Made by a program: the position numbers and the translations under genes. This document shows positions 43,321 through 53,000 of a DNA stretch of 64,000 nt, in pieces. How positions within the stretch are numbered: the first letter of the stretch is position 1; the number at the start of each line of letters is the position of its first letter. Where the stretch lies: NCBI GenBank assembly GCA_000165345.1, contig CM000431.1, positions 256,001 through 320,000 of the forward strand, written 5' to 3'. Below the pieces are notes generated by a model, which ran no database searches, was not told where the DNA came from, and worked only from the letters and a program-made list of their open reading frames with translations.

Positions 43321-46300
43321 CTATCTAGAACAAGATGTTAGTAATAATTCACCGGAAATGTCTTCATCAAGTTTGGACATGGTCTTCAAAGCATCATCGT
43401 TAGATATGAATTCTTCTTCCTTCACCATAGTATTAGTATGGTTAATTGAAATAAGAGGATACAAAGCGTTCATGATCGAGGAGTAAATAGTAGGATTATG
43501 TGACTCTTCTTGGCTAAGAAGTTGTTTCATATGCCTTCTTTCTTTAGGCTGAGAAAAGCAAGCAGGGCAATTTTCAGTTATGATTGGAAGTTGAGCTTTT
43601 AGAGCAAAGTTTGCAAGATCTTTTTCTCTACAATAAATCATTGGCCTTACTACTCGGACATTATATTCAGGAACAAAATAATTTGCTTTCATTGTATTTA
43701 GCTTTCCATTATTCATCAAAGAAAGCAAAAAGCTTTCACAAATATCATCTACATGTTGTCCTAAAGAAAGTACGTTATATCCATTTTTCTTCATACAAGA
43801 ATATAAAAGTCCCCTCTTCATTCTGGAACAGAAAGCGCAGTAAGATATTTTCTTTTGCTTTTCCTTGACTTTTGCAGCAATATCTACAATTGGGTATGAA
43901 ATAAAATGGTATTTTACTCCTAATGATTCCATATAAGGTATTAATTTTGATGCATCCATTTCGCTTGTTTGAGGATCTACAGTTGCTGCAGATACTTCAA
44001 ATTTTACTGGAGCTACTCTTTGCAAAAATAACAAAATGTGAAGCATTGTTAAGGAATCTTTTCCTCCAGATACTGCAACAAGTACTTTATCTCCTTCTCG
44101 TATCATATCAAATTTCTTTATTGCTTGTCCAACCTGTTTTCTAATTACTCCAAAGTCATTCGGCTTTGGAAATAATCTCACATTTTCTAATGCATTATTC
44201 TTCTTACAACTCTGCTTCTCAAAATCTTCTATTTCCTGCTTTTGTTTCTGCCTAGTTGATTCCTTGGTATTGCCGCCAAATTCAAAAGATTCAGAGTTTG
44301 CATGCATGCAATTTAATGTGGACAGTGTATCCGGTATAGAAATATTATTATTATTATTTTTACGTAATAAATGAATAATGTTTTGAATGTATTTTGGTGT
44401 AATGAACCATCTTAGATTTGATTCAGAAAGGAGTTCAAAGTCATTGATATTGGACAAATCACTTGAGTTTATTGAATTATTGAAGTGTTGGTTATTTTGA
44501 TATATGATTTCTTTAAATGCAGAATCGAGTTTGAATTCTTTTTCATAAGCTTGGTTTGAATGGCTTTTAGAGTTTACAATAATATCTTCTAAATTTCTCA
44601 CGATTTCATTAGCCATTTCAAAATTTCTTTCAAAGATTGGCTCACTATTTGACAATAATTTTGATTCATTATTTAAGGAACTTTTAGAGCCTAATTGGTC
44701 AAACTTATCAAAATAGAATTTTCCAATAGAATCTCCTAACCATCTTCTATGTATTTTATCTAGAGATTTCCATTCTGATCTATGCCTCCAAGTTCCTAGT
44801 GATTCTTCAAAAATATATAAAGGAAGGAATTTCCATCCATGTTTTGCAATCCAAATAACTGATTTTATTATATAATCCACGGTCTCTAAATTGTCGGACC
44901 AATGTAATGAAATTCTAGTGAATCCTGGTCTAACAGATTCTATACCTCTTACAACTAGATCTTGATAAAGCTGTCTAGTTTTTTCTTTGTCAAATCCCAG
45001 TAGCCTTTGTGAATAAGGGCCAGCACAAGAACAACCTCCTCTAGACTGTATGCCAAATAAATCATTCAATAAAGAGCATACAAAGTTATAGTGGAGATAA
45101 AAGTCATTTCCTTCATTATCTAAAATAGTAACTATCTTTGAGTTATTTTCAGAAACAAAGTCTAATTTCACTTGGTTATTTTCAAAATTAAATGGCTTAA
45201 TTAGAAATGAAATTATTGGAAGACTCGTAAGATATTGTCCATTCTTAAGTTCTTGATTTTCAATTATTAATTCTTCAAATCCTAAAATATCAATTTTTGG
45301 TCCATTTTTTTGATTAAATTGACTCCATTCAAAAATTACCCTTTCAAATAATACTCTTTCTTTCGATTGTTTAAGATATTGTGGAACTTTCATATCCAGT
45401 TTCATAACCATTCCTAGACGAGAAATTCCAAGAATATCTGAAGTCCCAGATTCCTCTCTTTCTTCCTTATTTAGTATATATTCGTGGTCATCCATGGACA
45501 CAAAAAAGACACTGTTTCCTCCAGGATCAGATGGTTTCTCAGATAATAGTAATTCTCTCTTAATAATTAAGACTCCAGGAGTAGATGGGCCTCCTAGAAG
45601 TTTATGGGAAGAAAATACACCGACATCTACATATCCTTGAGGATTTAAAGGTGGAGACATATTTGGTCTTGTATGAGGAGCCGTTGCAGCAAAGTCTACA
45701 ATAGTAATTCCTCCATACTGATGTGAAATTGTTGATATTTTTGTATAGTCATTAAGCCTTCCTGAAATATTAGATCCAGCAGAAATTAACAATATTGGAA
45801 TATTTAAAATATTGTTGTTTTTTAACTTGATGAGCTCATCCTTTAGGTTAGGGATATCCACTTCTCCTCTTTTGTTTAAATTCAGATATACTAAACTAAA
45901 TGATAACTTGTACTTTAAATCATTATGTAAGGCTTTAAAACCTTGCGAATATCTCTTAGAATATTCAATAAAAGGTAAGAATAAAGAATGATGAGATGAA
46001 GGATCAACCATAAAAGTGATTCTATAATGATCCATATTGTCTTCATTCTGTGTAGAATCAGATTTACTTTGGAAATCCTTTTCTCTGTGATTTTTATTAA
46101 AATGTCTTCTAAATGCAGCTTCAGTATCATACTGAGTTTCACAACTGACACATTTAAATGACTTCCATCTATCCTGAATAACATTAACAGAAATATCTTT
46201 AAATAAATTCTGGTTAATATAACTTGTTTTAAACTTTTTAATAATGCTAATCCAGTAAGATGCATCCATTATTTTAAGAAACTTGGAAACTGCTCCTGTT

Positions 46301-46638
46301 GAACCTTGTCCAACGAATATGATAGCATCCTCAGGATTTCCACCAATAAACTGCCTTACAGATTCTCTTGCCTCATAAATAAACCAAGTGCTTTGTCTTG
46401 CATTATTAGATGCAATACTATGAGTATTACCATAATATGGAGCAACATCTTCTTTCAATGAATCTTCAATAAATCTCAAACTTCTTCCTGATGCAGTCCA
46501 ATCAGAATATACCATATTTCTAAGACCAAATGGAGTCTTTATTGGACAAAGTTCCCCAATGATGTTTTCCCTAATAAACTCGCAGTACTTTTCAAATTCA
46601 TCGTTTTGTTGATCAACCTGCATAAAGTGATTCTCCAT
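43321..46638 (-). CDS. Fusion protein, 1105 aa: N-terminal class-V aminotransferase / group-II cysteine desulfurase-like domain (NifS/SufS/CsdA-like) joined by a low-complexity linker to a C-terminal TtcA-type PP-loop ATPase (tRNA thiolation) domain
   Basis: The N-terminal domain has the PLP-fold motifs: DWTASGRSLRFIED...YYGNTHS...ARESVRQFIGGNPEDAIIFVGQGSTGAV; the PLP-lysine block VGVFSSHKLLGGPSTPGVLIIK; and the desulfurase active-site loop QSRGGCSCAGPY (compare SufS RxGHHCAxP). The C-terminal domain, near 43321..44200, has the PP-loop VLVAVSGGKDSLTML and the TtcA-specific Cys motifs SYCAFCSRMKRGLLY and PIITENCPACFSQPKERRHMKQLL (compare TtcA CSLCSRLRRGxLY and PIIPCNLCGSQENLQR). It is a single uninterrupted ORF on the minus strand. 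Confidence 0.75.
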   Translation of the reverse strand: MENHFMQVDQQNDEFEKYCEFIRENIIGELCPIKTPFGLRNMVYSDWTASGRSLRFIEDSLKEDVAPYYGNTHSIASNNARQSTWFIYEARESVRQFIGGNPEDAIIFVGQGSTGAVSKFLKIMDASYWISIIKKFKTSYINQNLFKDISVNVIQDRWKSFKCVSCETQYDTEAAFRRHFNKNHREKDFQSKSDSTQNEDNMDHYRITFMVDPSSHHSLFLPFIEYSKRYSQGFKALHNDLKYKLSFSLVYLNLNKRGEVDIPNLKDELIKLKNNNILNIPILLISAGSNISGRLNDYTKISTISHQYGGITIVDFAATAPHTRPNMSPPLNPQGYVDVGVFSSHKLLGGPSTPGVLIIKRELLLSEKPSDPGGNSVFFVSMDDHEYILNKEEREESGTSDILGISRLGMVMKLDMKVPQYLKQSKERVLFERVIFEWSQFNQKNGPKIDILGFEELIIENQELKNGQYLTSLPIISFLIKPFNFENNQVKLDFVSENNSKIVTILDNEGNDFYLHYNFVCSLLNDLFGIQSRGGCSCAGPYSQRLLGFDKEKTRQLYQDLVVRGIESVRPGFTRISLHWSDNLETVDYIIKSVIWIAKHGWKFLPLYIFEESLGTWRHRSEWKSLDKIHRRWLGDSIGKFYFDKFDQLGSKSSLNNESKLLSNSEPIFERNFEMANEIVRNLEDIIVNSKSHSNQAYEKEFKLDSAFKEIIYQNNQHFNNSINSSDLSNINDFELLSESNLRWFITPKYIQNIIHLLRKNNNNNISIPDTLSTLNCMHANSESFEFGGNTKESTRQKQKQEIEDFEKQSCKKNNALENVRLFPKPNDFGVIRKQVGQAIKKFDMIREGDKVLVAVSGGKDSLTMLHILLFLQRVAPVKFEVSAATVDPQTSEMDASKLIPYMESLGVKYHFISYPIVDIAAKVKEKQKKISYCAFCSRMKRGLLYSCMKKNGYNVLSLGQHVDDICESFLLSLMNNGKLNTMKANYFVPEYNVRVVRPMIYCREKDLANFALKAQLPIITENCPACFSQPKERRHMKQLLSQEESHNPTIYSSIMNALYPLISINHTNTMVKEEEFISNDDALKTMSKLDEDISGELLLTSCSR

Positions 46639-46821
46639 TTAGATTCGGAATTTTAGACTATTTTAGTTTAAAAAAGCTACGTTACATGACAAAAAAACTT
46701 GAATTTTTTTAAAGAAATTCACCACCTTTTCCACCCTTATTCTTTTTATTGTCCCTCCAATATTTCAAATTTTGACTATTAATTAGTCAATTTTCTCATA
46801 TTTTAATTTACCTATACTGTA

Positions 46822-46856
46822 GTGGGCGGGCAAAATGGGCACAATTTGGCGCCATA
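46822..46856. promoter_or_regulatory. GGGCGGGCAAAATGGGC plus TTTGGCGCCATAT (GGCGCC 46848-46853), 130 bp upstream of the gene starting at 46991 and 190 bp upstream of the minus-strand gene starting at 46638
   Basis: Seen directly. Confidence 0.4.
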
Positions 46857-46990
46857 TAGATTTGTATTATTTTATTAAATCAAGTATAGATAAATTGATT
46901 GGAGTATAAAATTGGTTAATAATAAGGAGGGTTCAAAGGAAAATAGTAGTATAACAGGTGATTGTAGTTGTATGTGCTAAATAGTTGAAT

Positions 46991-48388
46991 ATGTCAGAGG
47001 AATTGAAGTTTAATGGTCAGGATGCACCAAATGAGGAGATCCACGAAAAGAAGGATGAAGACCAAGTGGGGATGACTTTCAGTGAGAGAGAGGCTAATAT
47101 GAATCAAACAGCGGAGTGTGAAGAATATTTGGAGGATGAGGAGTATTACGAGGAGGATGAAGATGAACTGAATGCAAGTTTAGACCCGGAATTATTATTA
47201 GAGGAGGGTAGAAAGTTAAGAAAAAAGAAGAAGTTTGATGAAGCCATTGTAAAGTTATATTGGGCCATGACTAATAGGATGAATCTTTTGAACATAACTG
47301 AAGAAAGTGGGATAGACCCAAGACTTTCAGAATACTACTTGATTTATGCGGATGTATTATTTGAGAAAGAGGAGAATTCAACCAATTTTTTCTCAAAGAG
47401 AAATGAGCAGGATACAATGAATTCATTTTCATCATCTTCATCATCTTCATCATCTTCGTCATCTTCGTCATCTTCGTCATCTTCGTCATCTTCGTCATCT
47501 TCGTCATCATCTTCGTCATCATCTTCGTCATCATCGTCTTCATCTTCAGACCCAACGTTTATAGAGTCAACCGTAATGAATATGGCAAACAACAGCGTAG
47601 CCGAGGCTACAGACGAGGAAGTAGCATGGGAGAACTTTGAAGCTGCAAAGTTAGCTTATATTAAGTTGATATATTTGAAGAAGAGGGGAGATTACGATGC
47701 ATATTGCCAAGGAATAATTCCTGAGTATTTAGCTAACTTGTTTTCATCTAATGAGTTGAACGATGGAAAGTTTGAGGAGCTTTTGAGAGAAGTTTGTAGT
47801 TGCAATTCCGAGGAAAGATCGAGAATTCCAGATAAAGATATCACAGATTTATCGTATGTTTTTATAAGACTAGGAGACATTTTACAGCTAGCTGAAAAGT
47901 ATTACGAAGCATCAATAGAATACAAAAATTCTCTATTTATCTTGGAAACATTCAAGTTGCCAGAAGATACGACTGAATCTTCATTAATATGTTTGGCACA
48001 AAGTACTTTATTTTCGGGCAAAATTAAAGACTCAAAATATTTATTCGAGAGAGCTTTAAATTTAGTTAGAAATCACTTTGAAGGGAAGAACGGAATGACT
48101 GCGCCTACAGATCCCCAACAAATTGAAGCTTATAAACTAACCTTGGAAGATTTACAACTTACTTTGGATGATATTAATCGTAAATTGGCTGTGAACCAAG
48201 AGGATCAGAAACCTGCTACTGCTATTCCTAAATTAGAAGAGATAAAGAAAGAAAATTCTTTTAATAAAGCTCAACTTCCTGAGAATGAACCTGTTAAAGT
48301 TATTAATACGGTTGATATAAATGGAAGCCCTTGTGAAAATACTGTAGATAATAAGAAGAAAAGAAGAATTGATTTATCTAAGGTATAA
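46991..48388 (+). CDS. Poly-serine-containing protein with TPR-like helices, possibly a NASP/Hif1/Sim3-type (SHNi-TPR) histone chaperone; 465 aa from the first ATG
   Basis: An acidic N-terminus, then TPR-like segments (AIVKLYWAMTNRMNLL..., EYYLIYADVLFEKEE..., AWENFEAAKLAYIKLIYL, LSYVFIRLGDILQLAEKYYEASIEYKNSLFI), are interrupted by a tract of about 42 Ser. The C-terminal NLS-like KKKRRIDLSK is present. The track ORF starts at a TTG (46985). The first ATG is 46991. The family assignment is tentative. Confidence 0.5.
   Translation: MSEELKFNGQDAPNEEIHEKKDEDQVGMTFSEREANMNQTAECEEYLEDEEYYEEDEDELNASLDPELLLEEGRKLRKKKKFDEAIVKLYWAMTNRMNLLNITEESGIDPRLSEYYLIYADVLFEKEENSTNFFSKRNEQDTMNSFSSSSSSSSSSSSSSSSSSSSSSSSSSSSSSSSSSSSSSSSDPTFIESTVMNMANNSVAEATDEEVAWENFEAAKLAYIKLIYLKKRGDYDAYCQGIIPEYLANLFSSNELNDGKFEELLREVCSCNSEERSRIPDKDITDLSYVFIRLGDILQLAEKYYEASIEYKNSLFILETFKLPEDTTESSLICLAQSTLFSGKIKDSKYLFERALNLVRNHFEGKNGMTAPTDPQQIEAYKLTLEDLQLTLDDINRKLAVNQEDQKPATAIPKLEEIKKENSFNKAQLPENEPVKVINTVDINGSPCENTVDNKKKRRIDLSKV
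47428..47548 (+). repeat. Coding nonanucleotide repeat (TCATCTTCG/TCATCTTCA)n of about 120 bp, encoding poly-Ser
   Basis: Seen directly as tcatcttcatcatcttcatcatcttcgtcatcttcgtcatcttcg... The antisense strand gives the spurious poly-Asp/Glu track ORF 47344..47592. Confidence 0.85.
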
Positions 48389-48793
48389 GAATTAAAACTG
48401 AATTATGGCACATTCTAGATTATTGTTATCTAAGAATAAAATTGTTATATCATAATTTATACTATTTAAGAATTAACAATCAATTTATCATTTTTTAATT
48501 CATTCATTTAATATTATCTCCCTTCTAGTATTAGTTTAAATCCTTAATAAATAAAATACATTGATGAATTAAATAAAAATTTAGATAATATATTATTAAA
48601 ATGCTTTTTCTTATTAATATGAAATTTTTTTTGTTTGGTTGATTAATTATGAATTACGTAATAATACGTGGCAATAATATATAGTTTTTTAGTATACCGG
48701 TCTATTATCCACAAAAAAATACTACGATTAAAAATTTGAATATATTGCATGCATAAATACATGCAAATAAATATGTTAATATATAAAGTTTGT

Positions 48794-49392
48794 TTAGAAA
48801 GAGAAATCTTTGCTCATTTGGTTGACTAAATTAATTATTGATCTTTTAAATTGAATGGTTTCACTTTGAGTTAGTCCATAGTTATTTTTTTCAAAGGATT
48901 GTTGGCAATAATTATTTGAGGAGCTAACTTTATTAAATAATAACGAGGCGAGTTTATCATTTAAGAGGCTTAAATCTTGGAAGTTTATTTGGGAAGTATT
49001 AGAGGATATTTCTTTTTTAATTGTTGAGTTATCTTTAATTTGTTCGTTTTGGTATATTTGAAATGTATGTATTTCATCAGAATTTTGATAATTTGTTGCC
49101 TTGTTATTATTAATTACAATTTCTAGCTTATTACACATTTTGTCAATAAAGCCATTGACTACCTAAAAATTAATAAGAGATAAAATAAAATTATTAAATT
49201 CAAATATAAAACAAAGTTGTTGAGTTTTAAACTTACAGTGAAGGCTTTATCTATTTTCTCAAAAGCAATACGAGTTATTCCTTGATCACTAAAATTCTCA
49301 TTTTTATTAAACTTTACTAGTTTGTTATCTTTACCACGGAATTGACTTTTTCTGAGTATTTTAATATATTCAGGTTCATAAATCATTCTCAT
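48794..49392 (-). CDS. Hypothetical protein of about 174 aa in two exons: join(48794..49162,49237..49392)
   Basis: Exon 1 (ATG at 49392) reads MRMIYEPEYIKILRKSQFRGKDNKLVKFNKNENFSDQGITRIAFEKIDKAFT and ends in phase 0 at 49237. The donor GTAAGT is at 49236. The intron is 74 nt. The acceptor TTTTTAG is at 49163. Exon 2 reads VVNGFIDKMCNKLEIVINNNKATNYQ...MSKDFSF* in frame with track ORF 48794..49138. Confidence 0.5.
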
Positions 49393-49837
49393 TTCATACG
49401 ATTAATTTTTTTTTTAATTCCAATATTGGAGTGAAAACATGTGTACAGTTATACAATATTACTATTTTTTTTTTTTTAAATAAGTTATGCAATTATTTAT
49501 CTATTAATATCAGTTAATTTATAAAGTAAATGCGATTTATATTAATGATTAAAATTTAAATCTTATTGAAAAAATATTTTTTGCTTCAATTATAAATTTG
49601 TGATTGTACAATTTTACATAGCAAAATAAAATGCACCCTTTTTATTAGTTGCACCAGATCAAAAAATTTAATGAAATAAAAAAAAGATCATGCAAATAAA
49701 CTATAAATTCCTTTATTGAAATAACTTAACATTTAATATAAAAGCCATGAGAGGCTGGAAATAAAAATGATTTACATAAGGGATTCTACTTAAATTTCAA
49801 TAATGGCAAATTTTAAATTTACACGTAATAAAATGCA

Positions 49838-49890
49838 TGACATTGGCGCCTGCGGCATGCACTTTTGTATTGATAATAGCACCGGTATAG
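49838..49890. promoter_or_regulatory. CATTGGCGCCTGCGGCATGCAC (GGCGCC 49845-49850, GCATGC 49855-49860) plus ACCGGT (49881-49886) in the divergent spacer between gene starts 49392 (-) and 50079 (+)
   Basis: Seen directly. Confidence 0.4.
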
Positions 49891-50078
49891 GAAAAATTGA
49901 GGGGTGTGTAGATAATTTGTGTTAGGAAAAAAACTTCGAATAATTTGACCAATTAAATTATATAATCATAGTAATAATAATAATAATAATTATTATAATT
50001 ATTATTGTTATTATCAACATTTTATATATCATATAAAAGTTTGGTACTGAATGCAAAATTGAACTAAATATTGGCTGA

Positions 50079-53000
50079 ATGAGGAGGTTTGATGTGGTTC
50101 CAATAACCTCTGAATTTAGCGAGAACCCCAATATAACAATAACCTCATTATGTTATGTGCCAGTTATTGGTTACATTTATGCAGGGACTAACTTTGGAGA
50201 TATTTTACTTTATAAATATGAGGATTTTCATGGAATTCAAAAGAACGATGGAAGCGATGTATTAGGATTCGATTTAAACAAGGATAGAATAGTTGGAAAA
50301 GAAAGATGCGTTCGGATTAAGAATATTTCTCAGAAATGCAAAAGAATAGATAAGATATTTCCCATTATATGCTACGATACAGTGGTAAATGATGAAATGG
50401 AAAATAGAGTACTTATTGGGGGTGTAATTTTATGCATATGCGATGGAAACTTATTGTATTTGGATTTTAGATTAATAGGAAAAATTAATTTGCTTTGTAA
50501 AGGAGTTTCTTCAGTATCAATTTGGAAAGACAGCTTTAATATTAACACTTTTCAAACTAAATTTTGTATTGCAACAAAAAAAAAGATCATTTTTTATAAT
50601 ACATGTCTTTTAGGCGATTTATTGGATATACAAGATATTTTGGAATATGATAATGAGGTTAATAATAATCCTTCAATTCATAATAAAAAGAGATCAAGTC
50701 TTGAAAGCCGATCCTCAGTCGTCAAAAATGGAAAAGAATCCACAATTCAGAATGAAGACGCCTCCAAGGGTTATACCTCTGGAGTAAATTCTTGGTTTGG
50801 ATTTTCTACAAACAATTCCCATTCAAATAATAATAGCAATGGGAACAATAATAATGTTGATAATTCTCATAAAACTTCAGCAAAAGATGAAGTGGGTTAC
50901 AATGAAGATTATTTATCAAGCATAGAATTTATTAAAGTTGATGAAATCCAGATCCCAAGCAGACTTGCTTCATTTACTGAAAGTATATGTAATATAGAAT
51001 GGTGTGATAACTGGGTTTGCTTTGTTATTGCAAACACTTACTTTATTATGAACATTGACGATCAGAGTATAAATGATATATTGAATTTGGACCAGTTGGG
51101 AAACAATTTTCAGCCCCAAATAATTATTCTACCAGAACAAGAGTTTATGTTGACTTGTCAGGATAATTTAGGAGCATTCTTTAGCTTTAGTACTTTGGAG
51201 CCATCTCCAAAATCAATGATTCAGTGGCCATCTGAAGGTCTTACAGGGGTAGTACTTTCATCTCCTTATCTTCTTGGAGGAACTAAGAGTGGGATTATTC
51301 AAATCTATTCACTGGCAAATTATGATGCCAACCCATTGATTAAAGAAAGTAAGACTAGTAATAATAGTTCAAGCCTTAGATCTACAAATGAATTATCATC
51401 AGTTGGAGGTAACAACAGAGGATTTTCGAATAATAATAGTCACAACAGCGTCCAAACATTGCAACTTGATGATGAAATTACCTGTATTTCAACTGGAGGA
51501 ACTTGTGAAGGCATATTTTTCGGTCCCTCATCAGTCATAACAGCTCCTTTGGGCCCTATGGTAGTGGTTTCAACCAAAACAAAGATATACGCTCTTACTC
51601 CAATTCCAATTGAGGAGTCCATCTTTGGACTTGTGAATAGAAGTCAAGGAAAGCAAGCATTAAATGTGTTGAGAACTTATTGTAATAGTAATGATTTATT
51701 ATACAATAGTTTATTATATAAGACTCAATGTTTAATTGGGTGGTTTGAGTTCAAGAATTTACAATTTGAAAAGGCTTTTCAATCTTTCAAACAGGCACAT
51801 ATTGATCCAAGAGTTTTAATAATATTATTCTGGAAGGATCTTATTCCAATAGAGTGGGACCTCAAGTACTCAAATGGTTCATTGTCAGATTTGTATGAAT
51901 ATGCAAAGCTACCATGGATGAATTCAAAAGGAAATCTTTCTGAAGATTTATCACCAGATGTTAAGTTTCACGAATCCTTGCTAAAGTCTGTCTTAAGGAA
52001 GAAGGGTCTTAACAAGCTGCCTCCAAGTATTGACTTATTTGTTCGGAGCTTATTACTGAATAAATCTGAATTCAATAGTAATTTACAGATAAACATAGAA
52101 GGAGATGTGGAAAAGATTGACGAGTATATTTATTTTGCCAATAAGTCATTTAAGATGTTTCTATTGTCTGAGAGAGGAAAATATACTTCTAACATAGAGA
52201 ATTCGAAAGATAATTTTCACCAAATTGGAAAGCAAAGCGAAATTCAGAAAAGTTATTCAACTGGAAAGATTATGGACATTGCTATTATTAAGTTAATAAT
52301 TAATGAATTCAATTGCAAGTACAAGAGAAGCCAAGATATTTCCTTGAGTAATAGAATCATTTTAAATTTACTAGAAATAGATTCTGAACAAAAGTTTAAT
52401 GATAAGGGCAATAAAGATTATTATTTAAAACAAGAAGAGATAATGGAAAGCGAGATTGAAGATGAAGATGAGTTAATGAACAAAAAAGTTTTTAGGAATG
52501 TGTTTACAGAATTCACTGTTGATGAGTACGAAGAATTTCTTTTAAGTAGTGGAAGATACGATATATTGGCAATTCTACTAGCTTATAATTCTTCTTACTT
52601 GAGATCTCTAGAGATTTTAGAAAATATGGTAAACTCTTCAGACAAGAGTTCTTTGGAGGCATATTCAAGCAATAATTCGAATTTTATTAATACTTATTTG
52701 ATAATTTTTCAAGTATTATTGCATTTATGTAACTCAGAGATTACTCCAATACATATTCAAGCTAACTTATTAAAACGATATTCAAGATTTATTCTTGATA
52801 AGTTTGACATTTGTCCAATAGATCGTTTATTTACTTTAAAACCCGTTGATAAGTTTCCACTTACAATAGATGAGATACTTGGATTATTTAATTTATTACC
52901 AACAATGGCTTCAAATCGCCTAACTAAATCTTATTTGGAGACGATAATAGCAACTCAAGGTGATAATATAGAATTGAAACATAAAATAAATTTGATTGAG

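Noticed and set aside
43584-46265. Plus-strand and short minus-strand ORFs inside the 1105-aa fusion gene
   Set aside because: They are antisense or out-of-frame within a long CDS that carries clear domain signatures in its own frame.
47271-47592. Minus-strand ORFs encoding (MTK)n and poly-Asp/Glu
   Set aside because: They are antisense readings of the (TCATCTTCG)n poly-Ser repeat of the plus-strand gene, a pure repeat artefact.
51440-51622. 60-aa minus-strand ORF inside the Vps39-like gene
   Set aside because: It is antisense to a long CDS, with no independent support.
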